Shown piece by piece: positions 16,901 through 24,951 of a stretch of 30,265 nucleotides of DNA. The translations under genes and the position numbers were made by a program. The DNA is taken from assembly GCA_031458695.1 (NCBI GenBank), contig JAVKJW010000025.1, forward strand, positions 1-30,265. Reading direction: 5' to 3'. A model generated the notes under the pieces. It saw nothing but the letters and a program-made list of their open reading frames with translations, had not been told where the DNA came from and ran no database searches. The number at the start of each line of letters is the position of its first letter. The first letter of the stretch is position 1. This DNA is from Candidatus Thermofontivivens primus. Its GTDB lineage: Bacteria; Sysuimicrobiota; Sysuimicrobiia; Sysuimicrobiales; Thermofontiviventaceae.

Positions 16901-18574
16901 TTACTTTCCGCCAGCTGTGACATCCACAACCTCGGGTGTGACCAAGAGAACTAGCTCACTTTCACGGCGCTGGAAGGTGGTGGAACGGAAAAGAGGTCCA
17001 AGGATGGGAAGGTCTCCAAGGAAGGGGAACTTCTGGATGACCTCCGACTCTTCGTGCTGGAGCAATCCCCCAATCGCCAGGGTTTGGCCAGGGGAAAGCA
17101 TGACGATCGTGGCCACCTTGCGAGTCTTTAACGCTGGAACCACGAAACTTTCCAGTCTGATCCCGTTGGCAAAATCCAGAGAGGAAACCTCCGGGGTGAG
17201 GTCGAGTAAAACTTGGCCATCCTTCCGGACTTCTGGCTTCGCCCGGAGCTTGACCCCGAACTCCTTGAACATGATGGAGACCGTACCCTGAGTCTGCACC
17301 GGAACCGGTACCTCTCCACCAAGGAGGAGGTTCGCCTCCTTTCCTGCCATCACCACGAGAGAAGGTTGTGCGAGCAGCTTCGCCCGGCCTTCGCGGGCCA
17401 ACACCTGGAGCTTGGCTAAAAGCCCATCGAGGCCAGAGGCCTGAAGGACGGGTTGTGTGAGGACCTGAAAAGTGAATAGGCCGGGGAGAGGGGATCCCCC
17501 TGGCTGGATGTGGCCTTCTCCCCAGAGGATCCCCAGATCCCTTCCAGCGGTGCGATCCAGCTCAACTACGAGAACCTGGAGTTTGACCTGAACCTGGCGT
17601 GCAACCTCGATGAGGCTTACCACCTTTCCCCCAAAGACACGAGCAGCATCCTCGATCCTTTCCAGGTCACGCTGAGAGGGGACTTTCCCTACGAGGAGGA
17701 TCACCAGACTGCCTTGCGTTCCTGAACCCTGGGAACCACCAGCGGGATCGTTCATGATCAGGACATCCACGGACCCCTCTGGGACAATGGTCTTCAGGAC
17801 TTCCCGAATCCCTGCGAGGTGATCGTTTCTCCTGCGCACGGTTACGTCGTAAACCCGAAGGCCTCCCTTCCCTTGCCAGAGGAACAACGTCGTTGAACCT
17901 GCTTGTTTCCCGTTCACGAGCACCTCTTGGCCGGAGATGGGAACGACACCGATGATGGCAGGATTGCTCACGGCAACCCTGAGGAGATCTGGGACTACAA
18001 GAAGCGTCCCAGTTCCCTCGTAGACCTCCAGCGCTACCCGTTCTACAGGAGGTGGGGTGTCTTTCCTTAGAGTCGCTGGAGGGATGGGCACCGGAGCCCC
18101 TGAAGGGCTCTGTCTGGCCGGGTGGGAGGGTTTGGAGGGCTCCGGTGCCTTTGCGGGCGGCTTCTGAGAGAGAGGAGCAGGCCGGTTAAGCTGTGGACGA
18201 GGTGGACCAAGGGTTAACAGGAGGATTGGGCCATCGACCTGCTCCTTGTAAAGCTCCAGGGGGGAGTAAAAGTGTAAGGTAAGACGGAGGCTGTGGTTTG
18301 CCAAGAGCGTGACATCTACTTTTTTGATAGCCCCACGCGCGACAGGGAGGAGCGCCGGGGATGCCGTAACGCCCTCCAGTGTGAGAAGGATCCGGACAGG
18401 CGAGGAAGTCACTGAATACCTGAACGGTGCAGTCGCAGCAATCGTCACTTTCGTCTCCTCACCCGATCTCTCAATGGTCACCCCGAGGAGTTTTGCAGGA
18501 GGCGCTGAAATCGCTTCAAGCGGGAGCAGTGTAGCTACCAGAAAAGCAGCAACGGCTCCGAGAAAGCGCCTCAT
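16901..18574 (-). CDS. cpaC: Tad secretin RcpA/CpaC with AMIN-like N-terminal domain
   Basis: Signal peptide; RVAVSNP...VLVNGKQAGSTTL N-domain; QVKLQVLVVE, GGEVPVP, KEFGVKL, KFPFLGDLPILGPLFRS secretin core. Confidence 0.92.
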   Translation of the reverse strand: MRRFLGAVAAFLVATLLPLEAISAPPAKLLGVTIERSGEETKVTIAATAPFRYSVTSSPVRILLTLEGVTASPALLPVARGAIKKVDVTLLANHSLRLTLHFYSPLELYKEQVDGPILLLTLGPPRPQLNRPAPLSQKPPAKAPEPSKPSHPARQSPSGAPVPIPPATLRKDTPPPVERVALEVYEGTGTLLVVPDLLRVAVSNPAIIGVVPISGQEVLVNGKQAGSTTLFLWQGKGGLRVYDVTVRRRNDHLAGIREVLKTIVPEGSVDVLIMNDPAGGSQGSGTQGSLVILLVGKVPSQRDLERIEDAARVFGGKVVSLIEVARQVQVKLQVLVVELDRTAGRDLGILWGEGHIQPGGSPLPGLFTFQVLTQPVLQASGLDGLLAKLQVLAREGRAKLLAQPSLVVMAGKEANLLLGGEVPVPVQTQGTVSIMFKEFGVKLRAKPEVRKDGQVLLDLTPEVSSLDFANGIRLESFVVPALKTRKVATIVMLSPGQTLAIGGLLQHEESEVIQKFPFLGDLPILGPLFRSTTFQRRESELVLLVTPEVVDVTAGGK

Positions 18575-19527
18575 CGTTCCTTACCTCCTTGTGATTGGGA
18601 AAGATTCAGGGAGATTGCCATACGCTGTTCCCCTAAGATGAGCTCGATCTCTTGGAATCTTGGAGGTTGAACGGGAGCGGTTTGGGATACCTGAGGGCGT
18701 GGACGGACATTGGTTGCTAAGGGAGCCGTTGGCTGTTTTCCTTGGTTCTTGAGCGCCGTGGCGAGAGTGCCTGCGCGGGCGTTCCTCTTAGGATGTGGTC
18801 GAGAGACCCTTGCGACGCCTCGGGGTCTCCCTGGGGCTGCGGGCGAGGAGGGGTCTCGTGCGGAGTGAAGGGCTAACATGAGCTGCCCATGCGCCTGGGC
18901 AAGAGCCAGGGGTGGAGTAAGTTCTGGGGGAACTGCGAGGGTGACTTCCACACCTCCACTCCCTGGAGCCCCTGGGAGTGCCCCCTGTCCCTGAGAACCG
19001 CTAGGCTTCACATGTAAGACCCTCGCACCTGTGAGGACCGTTCTCGCTTCAGGAACTTGAGATTTTGCAATCACTGCAATGACGTCGACGAGAGCTCCTG
19101 GAGTTAATCGCCCGTCGAATCCTTGAGATCCCTGGACGACGATGGTGATTGCTCGCATTCCTTGTGGCACCATGCTAGCGGCACCAAATACCTTTTCTGG
19201 AGGAGCAACGGCATCGCGTGTGATCACCTCTCCCGGCTGGAGATCCCGTATTGTCAAGAACCCCTGGAGGTCCTGTGGATGCGTGAAGGCACCTTCAGGT
19301 ACAGGAGGCCGGCTATTCCAGGGGGCGATGAGCGCAGGGTGGAGAACACGATGTGCTGGGATGGACGTCCTGGCGATCACAACAGGTACAAAGGAAGGCT
19401 GAGTTGGCTTCCCTCTCCGTTCGAGCGTAACGGTGATCCAGAGGAGCGTCACAATCGTGATCCCTAGTGCAATAAGAATCCGCCATCGTCGGATCTGTGG
19501 TGGTAACGTTTGATACAACCATCCCAC
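18571..19527 (-). CDS. cpaB: Flp pilus assembly protein CpaB/RcpC
   Basis: N-terminal TM, SAF-like VVIARTSIPAH, VPQGMRAITI, LTPGALVDVI, VTLAV; GTG start after GGAGGAGG. Confidence 0.85.
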   Translation of the reverse strand: MGWLYQTLPPQIRRWRILIALGITIVTLLWITVTLERRGKPTQPSFVPVVIARTSIPAHRVLHPALIAPWNSRPPVPEGAFTHPQDLQGFLTIRDLQPGEVITRDAVAPPEKVFGAASMVPQGMRAITIVVQGSQGFDGRLTPGALVDVIAVIAKSQVPEARTVLTGARVLHVKPSGSQGQGALPGAPGSGGVEVTLAVPPELTPPLALAQAHGQLMLALHSARDPSSPAAPGRPRGVARVSRPHPKRNARAGTLATALKNQGKQPTAPLATNVRPRPQVSQTAPVQPPRFQEIELILGEQRMAISLNLSQSQGGKER

Positions 19528-19649
19528 CGTACTTGAGCCTCCTCCCTCATTCCATTCCGCACGAGCCTTGCAGGAGTGTATGGGGGCCCAGCCAGGACAT
19601 GTTTCTTGGCTCGGTATCAAGACAGACGAGCTCTTCGATCCTGCAGAGG

Positions 19650-20423
19650 TTAGTTGATCCGTACATACTCCTCGTGCCAGTGCGTCCAACAGTTCTTTCC
19701 CATCCAGTCACAGTGCCGGTGTGGCGTGAGTACCCGCCGGTAAAGGGGTTCGGAGCGCCACTGCCACCAAGCAGGTTCGGGTGTACCCCACCAGGGTGGC
19801 GGGGAGGCACCCCACCACGGTGGAGGAGCAACCACGGTGTTGCGTGAGGCATCCCACCACGGTGGTGCGCTCTGACCCCACCACGCTGGTGCCGATTTGC
19901 CAAACCATTCCGGTGGTGCTTGTCCCCACCAGGCAGGTGGATTCTGGCCACTCCATGGGACCTGCACCATCTCCACGGTCACCGAGGTGCTAGCCTGGTA
20001 GCGCGTGCCGCGGATGAGTGCCCCAAGGTAGGGCATGAATGCTTGTAAGGGATAGCTTGTGGAGACCTGGAGTGTTCTCAGCCTTCCGACGCATGCAGGT
20101 TCCACGAAGGCGACGTTCACGACCAGCCGGCTGGGGTCGAGGGAAGGCGCGGCCCGCTTTGCGGCTTCCGAGATGGCGGCCACAAGTACAGGATCCGGAC
20201 CTCCTACGCATCGTCCGGTTCCCGTCGCTAGGACCGCCCCGTGCTGTGCAGCGTTTGCGGCAGCGTGCAGGGCGCTTTGCACTTGGTGGAAGAGCCAAGC
20301 ACCGTCGATGATACCTCCCATCAGGAGGAGGAGCAGTGGAGCGATAATGGCGAACTCGACGATACTCTGTCCAGACTCTTCCCGGAGCCTTCCCATTCCC
20401 CACAGCCGCGGCACGCTTCTCAC
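19650..20423 (-). CDS. tadE: TadE-like pseudopilin with Trp-rich repeat C-terminal extension
   Basis: ESGQSIVEFAIIAPLLLLLMGGIID class-III-signal/TadE motif and AANAAQHGA; start may be ATG 20396. Confidence 0.88.
   Translation of the reverse strand: MRSVPRLWGMGRLREESGQSIVEFAIIAPLLLLLMGGIIDGAWLFHQVQSALHAAANAAQHGAVLATGTGRCVGGPDPVLVAAISEAAKRAAPSLDPSRLVVNVAFVEPACVGRLRTLQVSTSYPLQAFMPYLGALIRGTRYQASTSVTVEMVQVPWSGQNPPAWWGQAPPEWFGKSAPAWWGQSAPPWWDASRNTVVAPPPWWGASPPPWWGTPEPAWWQWRSEPLYRRVLTPHRHCDWMGKNCWTHWHEEYVRIN
19755..19961 (-). repeat. Degenerate 24-nt coding tandem repeat (7 units of xPxW[WF]xxx)
   Basis: PPAWWGQA PPEWFGKS APAWWGQS APPWWDAS (RNTVVA) PPPWWGAS PPPWWGTP EPAWWQWR. Confidence 0.9.
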
Positions 20424-20425
20424 GA

Positions 20426-20629
20426 TCAGGGGACTCCTTTGAGGGTGTTAGCGATTTTGGTGAAGAGTGCAGAAACTTCTTCCTTCAGAAAAGTCATCGC
20501 CACGAGTGTCCCCACGGCCAGGATCGCAGCGATCAAGACATACTCCACCATCCCTTGCCCTCCCGGGGTTTCGAAGGGAAAAAGAAATCGCCGCCCGAGC
20601 GTCCTCATTTTCAGCAACCACTGTTGCAT
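20426..20629 (-). CDS. flp: Flp-family major pilin
   Basis: G-QGMVEYVLI Flp motif (E+5, Y+6), hydrophobic helix, LFTKIANTL end; AGGAGGTG RBS. Confidence 0.92.
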   Translation of the reverse strand: MQQWLLKMRTLGRRFLFPFETPGGQGMVEYVLIAAILAVGTLVAMTFLKEEVSALFTKIANTLKGVP

Positions 20630-20658
20630 GAATGCACCTCCTTTTCTCTCGTGCTCCT

Positions 20659-20687
20659 AATATACACGATTTTGATTTGAAAATCAA
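20659..20687 (-). promoter_or_regulatory. Putative sigma70 promoter of the flp/tad operon
   Basis: TTGATT-17 nt-TATATT in an AT-rich spacer. Confidence 0.6.
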
Positions 20688-20705
20688 GAACGAATTTGAT
20701 ATACT
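20677..20705 (+). promoter_or_regulatory. Putative sigma70 promoter of the zinc-ribbon ORF
   Basis: TTGAAA-17 nt-TATACT with extended -10 TG. Confidence 0.65.
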
Positions 20706-20778
20706 TCCCGCAGCGGGATGAGAAGGAATTCCTGGATGGAGGGAAAACCATACACCATTACATTGGGGAGGGATTGCC

Positions 20779-20952
20779 TTGGGCAGGAAGGAGCCGTGCT
20801 GCCCGCACTGCGAAACAGTGATGGTCCTACGCTATGAACCCACGGAGATCGAGGGGTCGTGGTATGAGTGCCCCATCTGCGGACACCGCGTGAGCAATGA
20901 AGAGTTCCGTACCTTCCGGGAAGAACGCCCGAAACGATTCCGGAAATCGTAA
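20779..20952 (+). CDS. 57-aa zinc-ribbon protein (not in the ORF track)
   Basis: TTG start after GGGGAGGG; MGRKEPCCPHCETVMVLRYEPTEIEGSWYECPICGHRVSNEEFRTFREERPKRFRKS; two CxxC knuckles; upstream promoter. Confidence 0.75.
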   Translation: MGRKEPCCPHCETVMVLRYEPTEIEGSWYECPICGHRVSNEEFRTFREERPKRFRKS

Positions 20953-20972
20953 ACCCGTTCTCCGGAACCGCG

Positions 20973-22607
20973 TTATACGGAGCCCGGCGTCACGGGAAGG
21001 CCGGATAACTCTGGATCGACAAAACGGATCTCTCCACCCACAACAGTCGCCTCCACCTTGACAGCGAGCAACTCCTCTGGTGTGGAGAGCCGAAAGGGAT
21101 CCTGGTTAAGGACCACAAAGTCAGCAAGGTATCCTTCGGAAAGTACGCCACGATACCTTTCCTCTCCTGAAGCGTAGGCTGCGCCGATGGTGTACGCGCG
21201 GATCGCTTCCTCCACGGTGAGGCACTCCTCGGGATGCCAGCCCGCGCTTGCGGGTTCATCCTCCCGCTTCCGCGTTACCGCGGCGTATATTCCCCTGAAA
21301 GGGTTCAACCCCGCCATAGGGTCGGGGACGCCGTACGGCGTATCTGAGCCAAAGGCAAGGACCGCACCGGAATTCAGGATAGACCGCCAAGCATAGGCGT
21401 ATCTCGCGCGTCTTCCCCAGTAGCGCTCGGCAAGGTCACGGTCATAGGTGGCATGGGCCGGTTGCATGGAAGCGACCACGCCGAGGAGGGCAAGGCGAGG
21501 GAGGTCCTTAGGGTGTAGAAGCTGTACGTGCTCGATACGGTGCCGAAGCCCCTGGTTGCGGGAATCCTCCAGGTTGGCTTCGATGGCATCGAGAGCCCAC
21601 CGGTTAGCCCTATCTCCAATGGCATGAACAGCAACGGAGAACCCACCACGTACTGCCTCCCGGATGAGGGTCACAAGTTCCTCCCTGGTGTGCACGGGGA
21701 TCCCGTAGTTTCCGGGCTGACCTTGGAAAGGTTCCAACATGCTTGCGGTTTGCGAGCCGAGGGTCCCGTCAGCGAAGATCTTGATCCCGCCTACTCGTAG
21801 CCACAGAGATCCAAAGCCCGTGGTGAGCCCTGCGGCTACCGCCGCAGCGAGAGCTCTTTCCGGGAGCATCATGGTGACCCGGAGCGTGAGCAGGCCCTTC
21901 CGCTCCAGTCGCTGGAATCCCCGGAAGACCTCTGGTCCTTCCATGTCGTGGATCCCCACCAAACCATAGCGATGGGCACTCGCCATTGCGTTCCTCAGAA
22001 CTTCCTCGACCTCCGCAGGGCTTGGAGGAGGGACAACCCTCCAGATAAGCTCCTGGGCCTTTTCCTTGAGGATCCCCAAGGGCTCCCCGAAGGGATCGCG
22101 GAGGATCGTACCGCCAGGAGGGTCCTGGGTCTCTCGAGAGATCCCGGCTAGATGGAGGGCGAGGGAATTGACCCAAAGGAGGTGTCCATCTTTACTCCTA
22201 AGGGCAACAGGTCGGCCAGGGAGGACGGCGTCAAGATCGCAACGGGTGGGAAGGCGCTGTTCCGGCCAGAGGTTCGGATCCCAACCCTGACCCAGGACCC
22301 ACCCATCTCCTTCCAAGCCTTCCGCTAGGCGCGCCGTCGCTTCTCCAAGGCTCCGGGCCATCGAGAGATCGATGCCGCGCTGACCGAGGGCAAAATCCAA
22401 GAGGTGTACGTGGCTATCCACAAACCCAGGAAGGACCACCCTCCCCTCGAGGTCGATGTGGCGAAAAGAAGGAAAGGCCGCACGGAGATCGGCGCTAGCC
22501 CCCACCGCGATAATTCTCTCCCCTCTCAGTGCGATGGCTTCTGCGCGCGGCCTCGTCTTATCCAGCGTATACACGTGTGCATTGTAGAAAACCGTCCCGT
22601 CCCTCAA
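20973..22607 (-). CDS. YtcJ-like metal-dependent amidohydrolase (Amidohydro_3)
   Basis: PGFVDSHVH, DGHLLWVNS, KIFADGTLG, HAIGDRA, HRIEHVQ, FGSD; start overlaps the ribH stop. Confidence 0.9.
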   Translation of the reverse strand: MRDGTVFYNAHVYTLDKTRPRAEAIALRGERIIAVGASADLRAAFPSFRHIDLEGRVVLPGFVDSHVHLLDFALGQRGIDLSMARSLGEATARLAEGLEGDGWVLGQGWDPNLWPEQRLPTRCDLDAVLPGRPVALRSKDGHLLWVNSLALHLAGISRETQDPPGGTILRDPFGEPLGILKEKAQELIWRVVPPPSPAEVEEVLRNAMASAHRYGLVGIHDMEGPEVFRGFQRLERKGLLTLRVTMMLPERALAAAVAAGLTTGFGSLWLRVGGIKIFADGTLGSQTASMLEPFQGQPGNYGIPVHTREELVTLIREAVRGGFSVAVHAIGDRANRWALDAIEANLEDSRNQGLRHRIEHVQLLHPKDLPRLALLGVVASMQPAHATYDRDLAERYWGRRARYAYAWRSILNSGAVLAFGSDTPYGVPDPMAGLNPFRGIYAAVTRKREDEPASAGWHPEECLTVEEAIRAYTIGAAYASGEERYRGVLSEGYLADFVVLNQDPFRLSTPEELLAVKVEATVVGGEIRFVDPELSGLPVTPGSV

Positions 22608-23083
22608 CTCTCCCTGTTCCTCCTGAGCCGTTCCATAAGCCGAGCCATCTCGATCGCGGCAAGGGCCGCCTCCCGTCCCCTGTTCAGGGCTCCTTGTGTC
22701 CTGGCCATCGCCTGGGTAAGATCGAAAGCTGTAAGAACTTGGAAGATCGTTGGGACCCCCGTCTCGTAGGAAACCCTGGCAATCCCGTGTGCGGCCTCTC
22801 TCGAGACGTGCTCAAAGTGTGCTGTTTCCCCTTTGATTACACAACCCAGGCAGATGATGGCGTCATAGCGGCCGGTCACCGCTAACTGCTTGGCCACAAG
22901 GGGGATTTCGAAGGCACCCGGAACCCAGGCCACGTCGATGCCCTCCTCACTGACCCCGTTCTCATGCAGGGTTTCGCGGGCTGCCTCCAGCAACCTGCGC
23001 GTGATGGTCTCGTTGTACCTGCTCACCACAATGGCGAAGCGAAGGCCACGTCCATCCAGACTACCGGAAAATGTCGTGCCCAC
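22604..23083 (-). CDS. ribH: 6,7-dimethyl-8-ribityllumazine synthase
   Basis: VPGAFEIP, GCVIKGETAHFEHV; operon context. Confidence 0.95.
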   Translation of the reverse strand: MGTTFSGSLDGRGLRFAIVVSRYNETITRRLLEAARETLHENGVSEEGIDVAWVPGAFEIPLVAKQLAVTGRYDAIICLGCVIKGETAHFEHVSREAAHGIARVSYETGVPTIFQVLTAFDLTQAMARTQGALNRGREAALAAIEMARLMERLRRNRES

Positions 23084-23092
23084 GGTCGTTCC

Positions 23093-24301
23093 TCAATCGA
23101 TGGTCAGGAGGTGTCCAAGCTTGTGCCGCTTGGTCTTGAGGTACCTATAGTTCTCTGGTCTTGGAGGGATTTCGATGGGGACTCGTTCAACTACTTCAAT
23201 GCCGTACCCTTCAAGCCCGGCGCGCTTTTGGGGGTTGTTGGTCATGAGGCGGATGCGCCGTAGCCCGAGATCAGCCAGGATCTGCGCTCCCACCCCGTAA
23301 TCCCGCGGATCGGGAGGAAACCCCAAAAGTTCGTTGGCCTCTACTGTATCTGCTCCTTCGTCTTGGAGGGCGTAGGCCTTGATTTTGTACATGAGACCGA
23401 TCCCTCTCCCTTCCTGCCGGATGTACACAATCACGCCGCGGCCTTCCCGAGCGATCATCTCCATGGCCTTGTGGAGTTGGTCACCACAATCACAGCGCAG
23501 CGACCCGAGAGCATCGCCAGTGAGGCACTCGGAGTGCATGCGGACAAGGACCGGCTCCGGCCCGCTGATGTCTCCTTTGATCAGAGCGAGGTGGCCGGAC
23601 CCGTCGAGGAGGTTCTGGTAGACGATAGCCGTGAACTCTCCATAGCGCGTGGGCAGGTGCGCAGTTCCCTCTCGCCGCACGAACCGTTCCTTGCGAAGAC
23701 GGTACTTGATAAGATCCGCGATGGTCACGATCTTCAGGCCGTGTTCCTTGGCAAACTCGATTAATTGGGGCAACCTGGCCATCGTCCCATCGTCGTTCAT
23801 GATCTCGCAGGTCACGCCCACGGGGTTCAAGCCAGCGAGACGGACGAGATCCACGGCCGCTTCGGTATGCCCTGCTCTTCGGAGAACCCCACCGTCCATT
23901 GCCCGGAGCGGGAAGACGTGACCAGGGCGGACAAGGTCCTCTGCTTTCGTGGAAGGATCTGCAAGGACCCGGATGGTCCTGGCACGGTCAAACGCTGAAA
24001 TCCCGGTTGTGGTTCCGTGTTTTGCCTCCACGGATACCGTGAAGGCCGTCCCGTGTGGAGAGGTGTTCTGGCTCACCATGAGCGGCAGGTTGAGGGCATC
24101 ACAGCGTTCGCCGGGAAGGGGCACACAGATAAGGCCACGGGCATACTTGATCATGAAGTTCACATGTTCCGGGGTCACCAGCTCCGCCGCCATGATAAGG
24201 TCTCCCTCGTTTTCCCGGTCCTCGTCGTCCACAACGATAACCATGCGCCCCTGACGGATCTCTTCCACGGCTTCCTCGATAGTGCAAAAAAGCTTTTCCA
24301 C
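23093..24301 (-). CDS. ribBA: Bifunctional DHBP synthase / GTP cyclohydrolase II
   Basis: [27 protein letters not shown]...[18 protein letters not shown]. Confidence 0.97.
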   Translation of the reverse strand: MEKLFCTIEEAVEEIRQGRMVIVVDDEDRENEGDLIMAAELVTPEHVNFMIKYARGLICVPLPGERCDALNLPLMVSQNTSPHGTAFTVSVEAKHGTTTGISAFDRARTIRVLADPSTKAEDLVRPGHVFPLRAMDGGVLRRAGHTEAAVDLVRLAGLNPVGVTCEIMNDDGTMARLPQLIEFAKEHGLKIVTIADLIKYRLRKERFVRREGTAHLPTRYGEFTAIVYQNLLDGSGHLALIKGDISGPEPVLVRMHSECLTGDALGSLRCDCGDQLHKAMEMIAREGRGVIVYIRQEGRGIGLMYKIKAYALQDEGADTVEANELLGFPPDPRDYGVGAQILADLGLRRIRLMTNNPQKRAGLEGYGIEVVERVPIEIPPRPENYRYLKTKRHKLGHLLTID

Positions 24302-24304
24302 GGC

Positions 24305-24916
24305 TTACCCTCCCTCCCGGGATCTTTCCTGTCCACGCAAGAGTTGCTCGACATATTTTGCCAAGATGTCCACCTCGATGTTCACTTCATCGCCCACTTT
24401 TCGGATCCCTAGGGTTGTGACGGCAAGCGTGTGGGGGATAAGGGAGACGGCAAAGCTTCCCTCCTTCCGGGAAGCCACAGTAAGGCTCACCCCATCGACG
24501 GCCACAGATCCCTTCTCCACGATGTACCGCATGATCTCTGGAGGGGCACCGATTTCCATCCAGACCGATGGGCCCTCCTCAACCTTCCTCACCACTACCC
24601 CTACTCCATCCACGTGCCCTTGGACGATGTGTCCTCCCAAAGGCTGGGTAAGGGTCAGTGGCCTTTCCAAGTTTACTGCGGCCCCAGCCTGGAGTTTGCC
24701 AAGCGTCGTTCTTCTCAGGGTCTCGGCCCCTACATCGACCTGGAACCGGTTTCCCTCGATACGCGTGATGGTCAGGCAAACTCCATTGACGGCGATGCTC
24801 TCCCCGATTTGGGCGTTACCTAAAAGACTTGGGGCTTCGATGGTCAAACGCCGTCCTAAGGGTAGGTCTTCTACCCCAACGACCACGCCCATTCCCTGTA
24901 CGATCCCTGTAAACAT
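24305..24916 (-). CDS. ribE: Riboflavin synthase (alpha chain)
   Basis: MFTGIV N-terminus, SIAVNGVCLT, GGHIVQGHVD, VNIEVD. Confidence 0.96.
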   Translation of the reverse strand: MFTGIVQGMGVVVGVEDLPLGRRLTIEAPSLLGNAQIGESIAVNGVCLTITRIEGNRFQVDVGAETLRRTTLGKLQAGAAVNLERPLTLTQPLGGHIVQGHVDGVGVVVRKVEEGPSVWMEIGAPPEIMRYIVEKGSVAVDGVSLTVASRKEGSFAVSLIPHTLAVTTLGIRKVGDEVNIEVDILAKYVEQLLRGQERSREGG

Positions 24917-24951
24917 GGACACAAACCCGCTAACCGCTTATTCCTCACTCC

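Noticed and set aside
19547..19951. Alternative-frame 134-aa ORF over the tadE tail
   Set aside because: No RBS; the tadE frame is continuous and shows the conserved PxWW periodicity.
19755..19961. 24-nt repeats as a CRISPR array or prion-octarepeat homolog
   Set aside because: Repeats are degenerate, in frame and lack spacers, with no cas genes; the WGQ resemblance to prion repeats is superficial.
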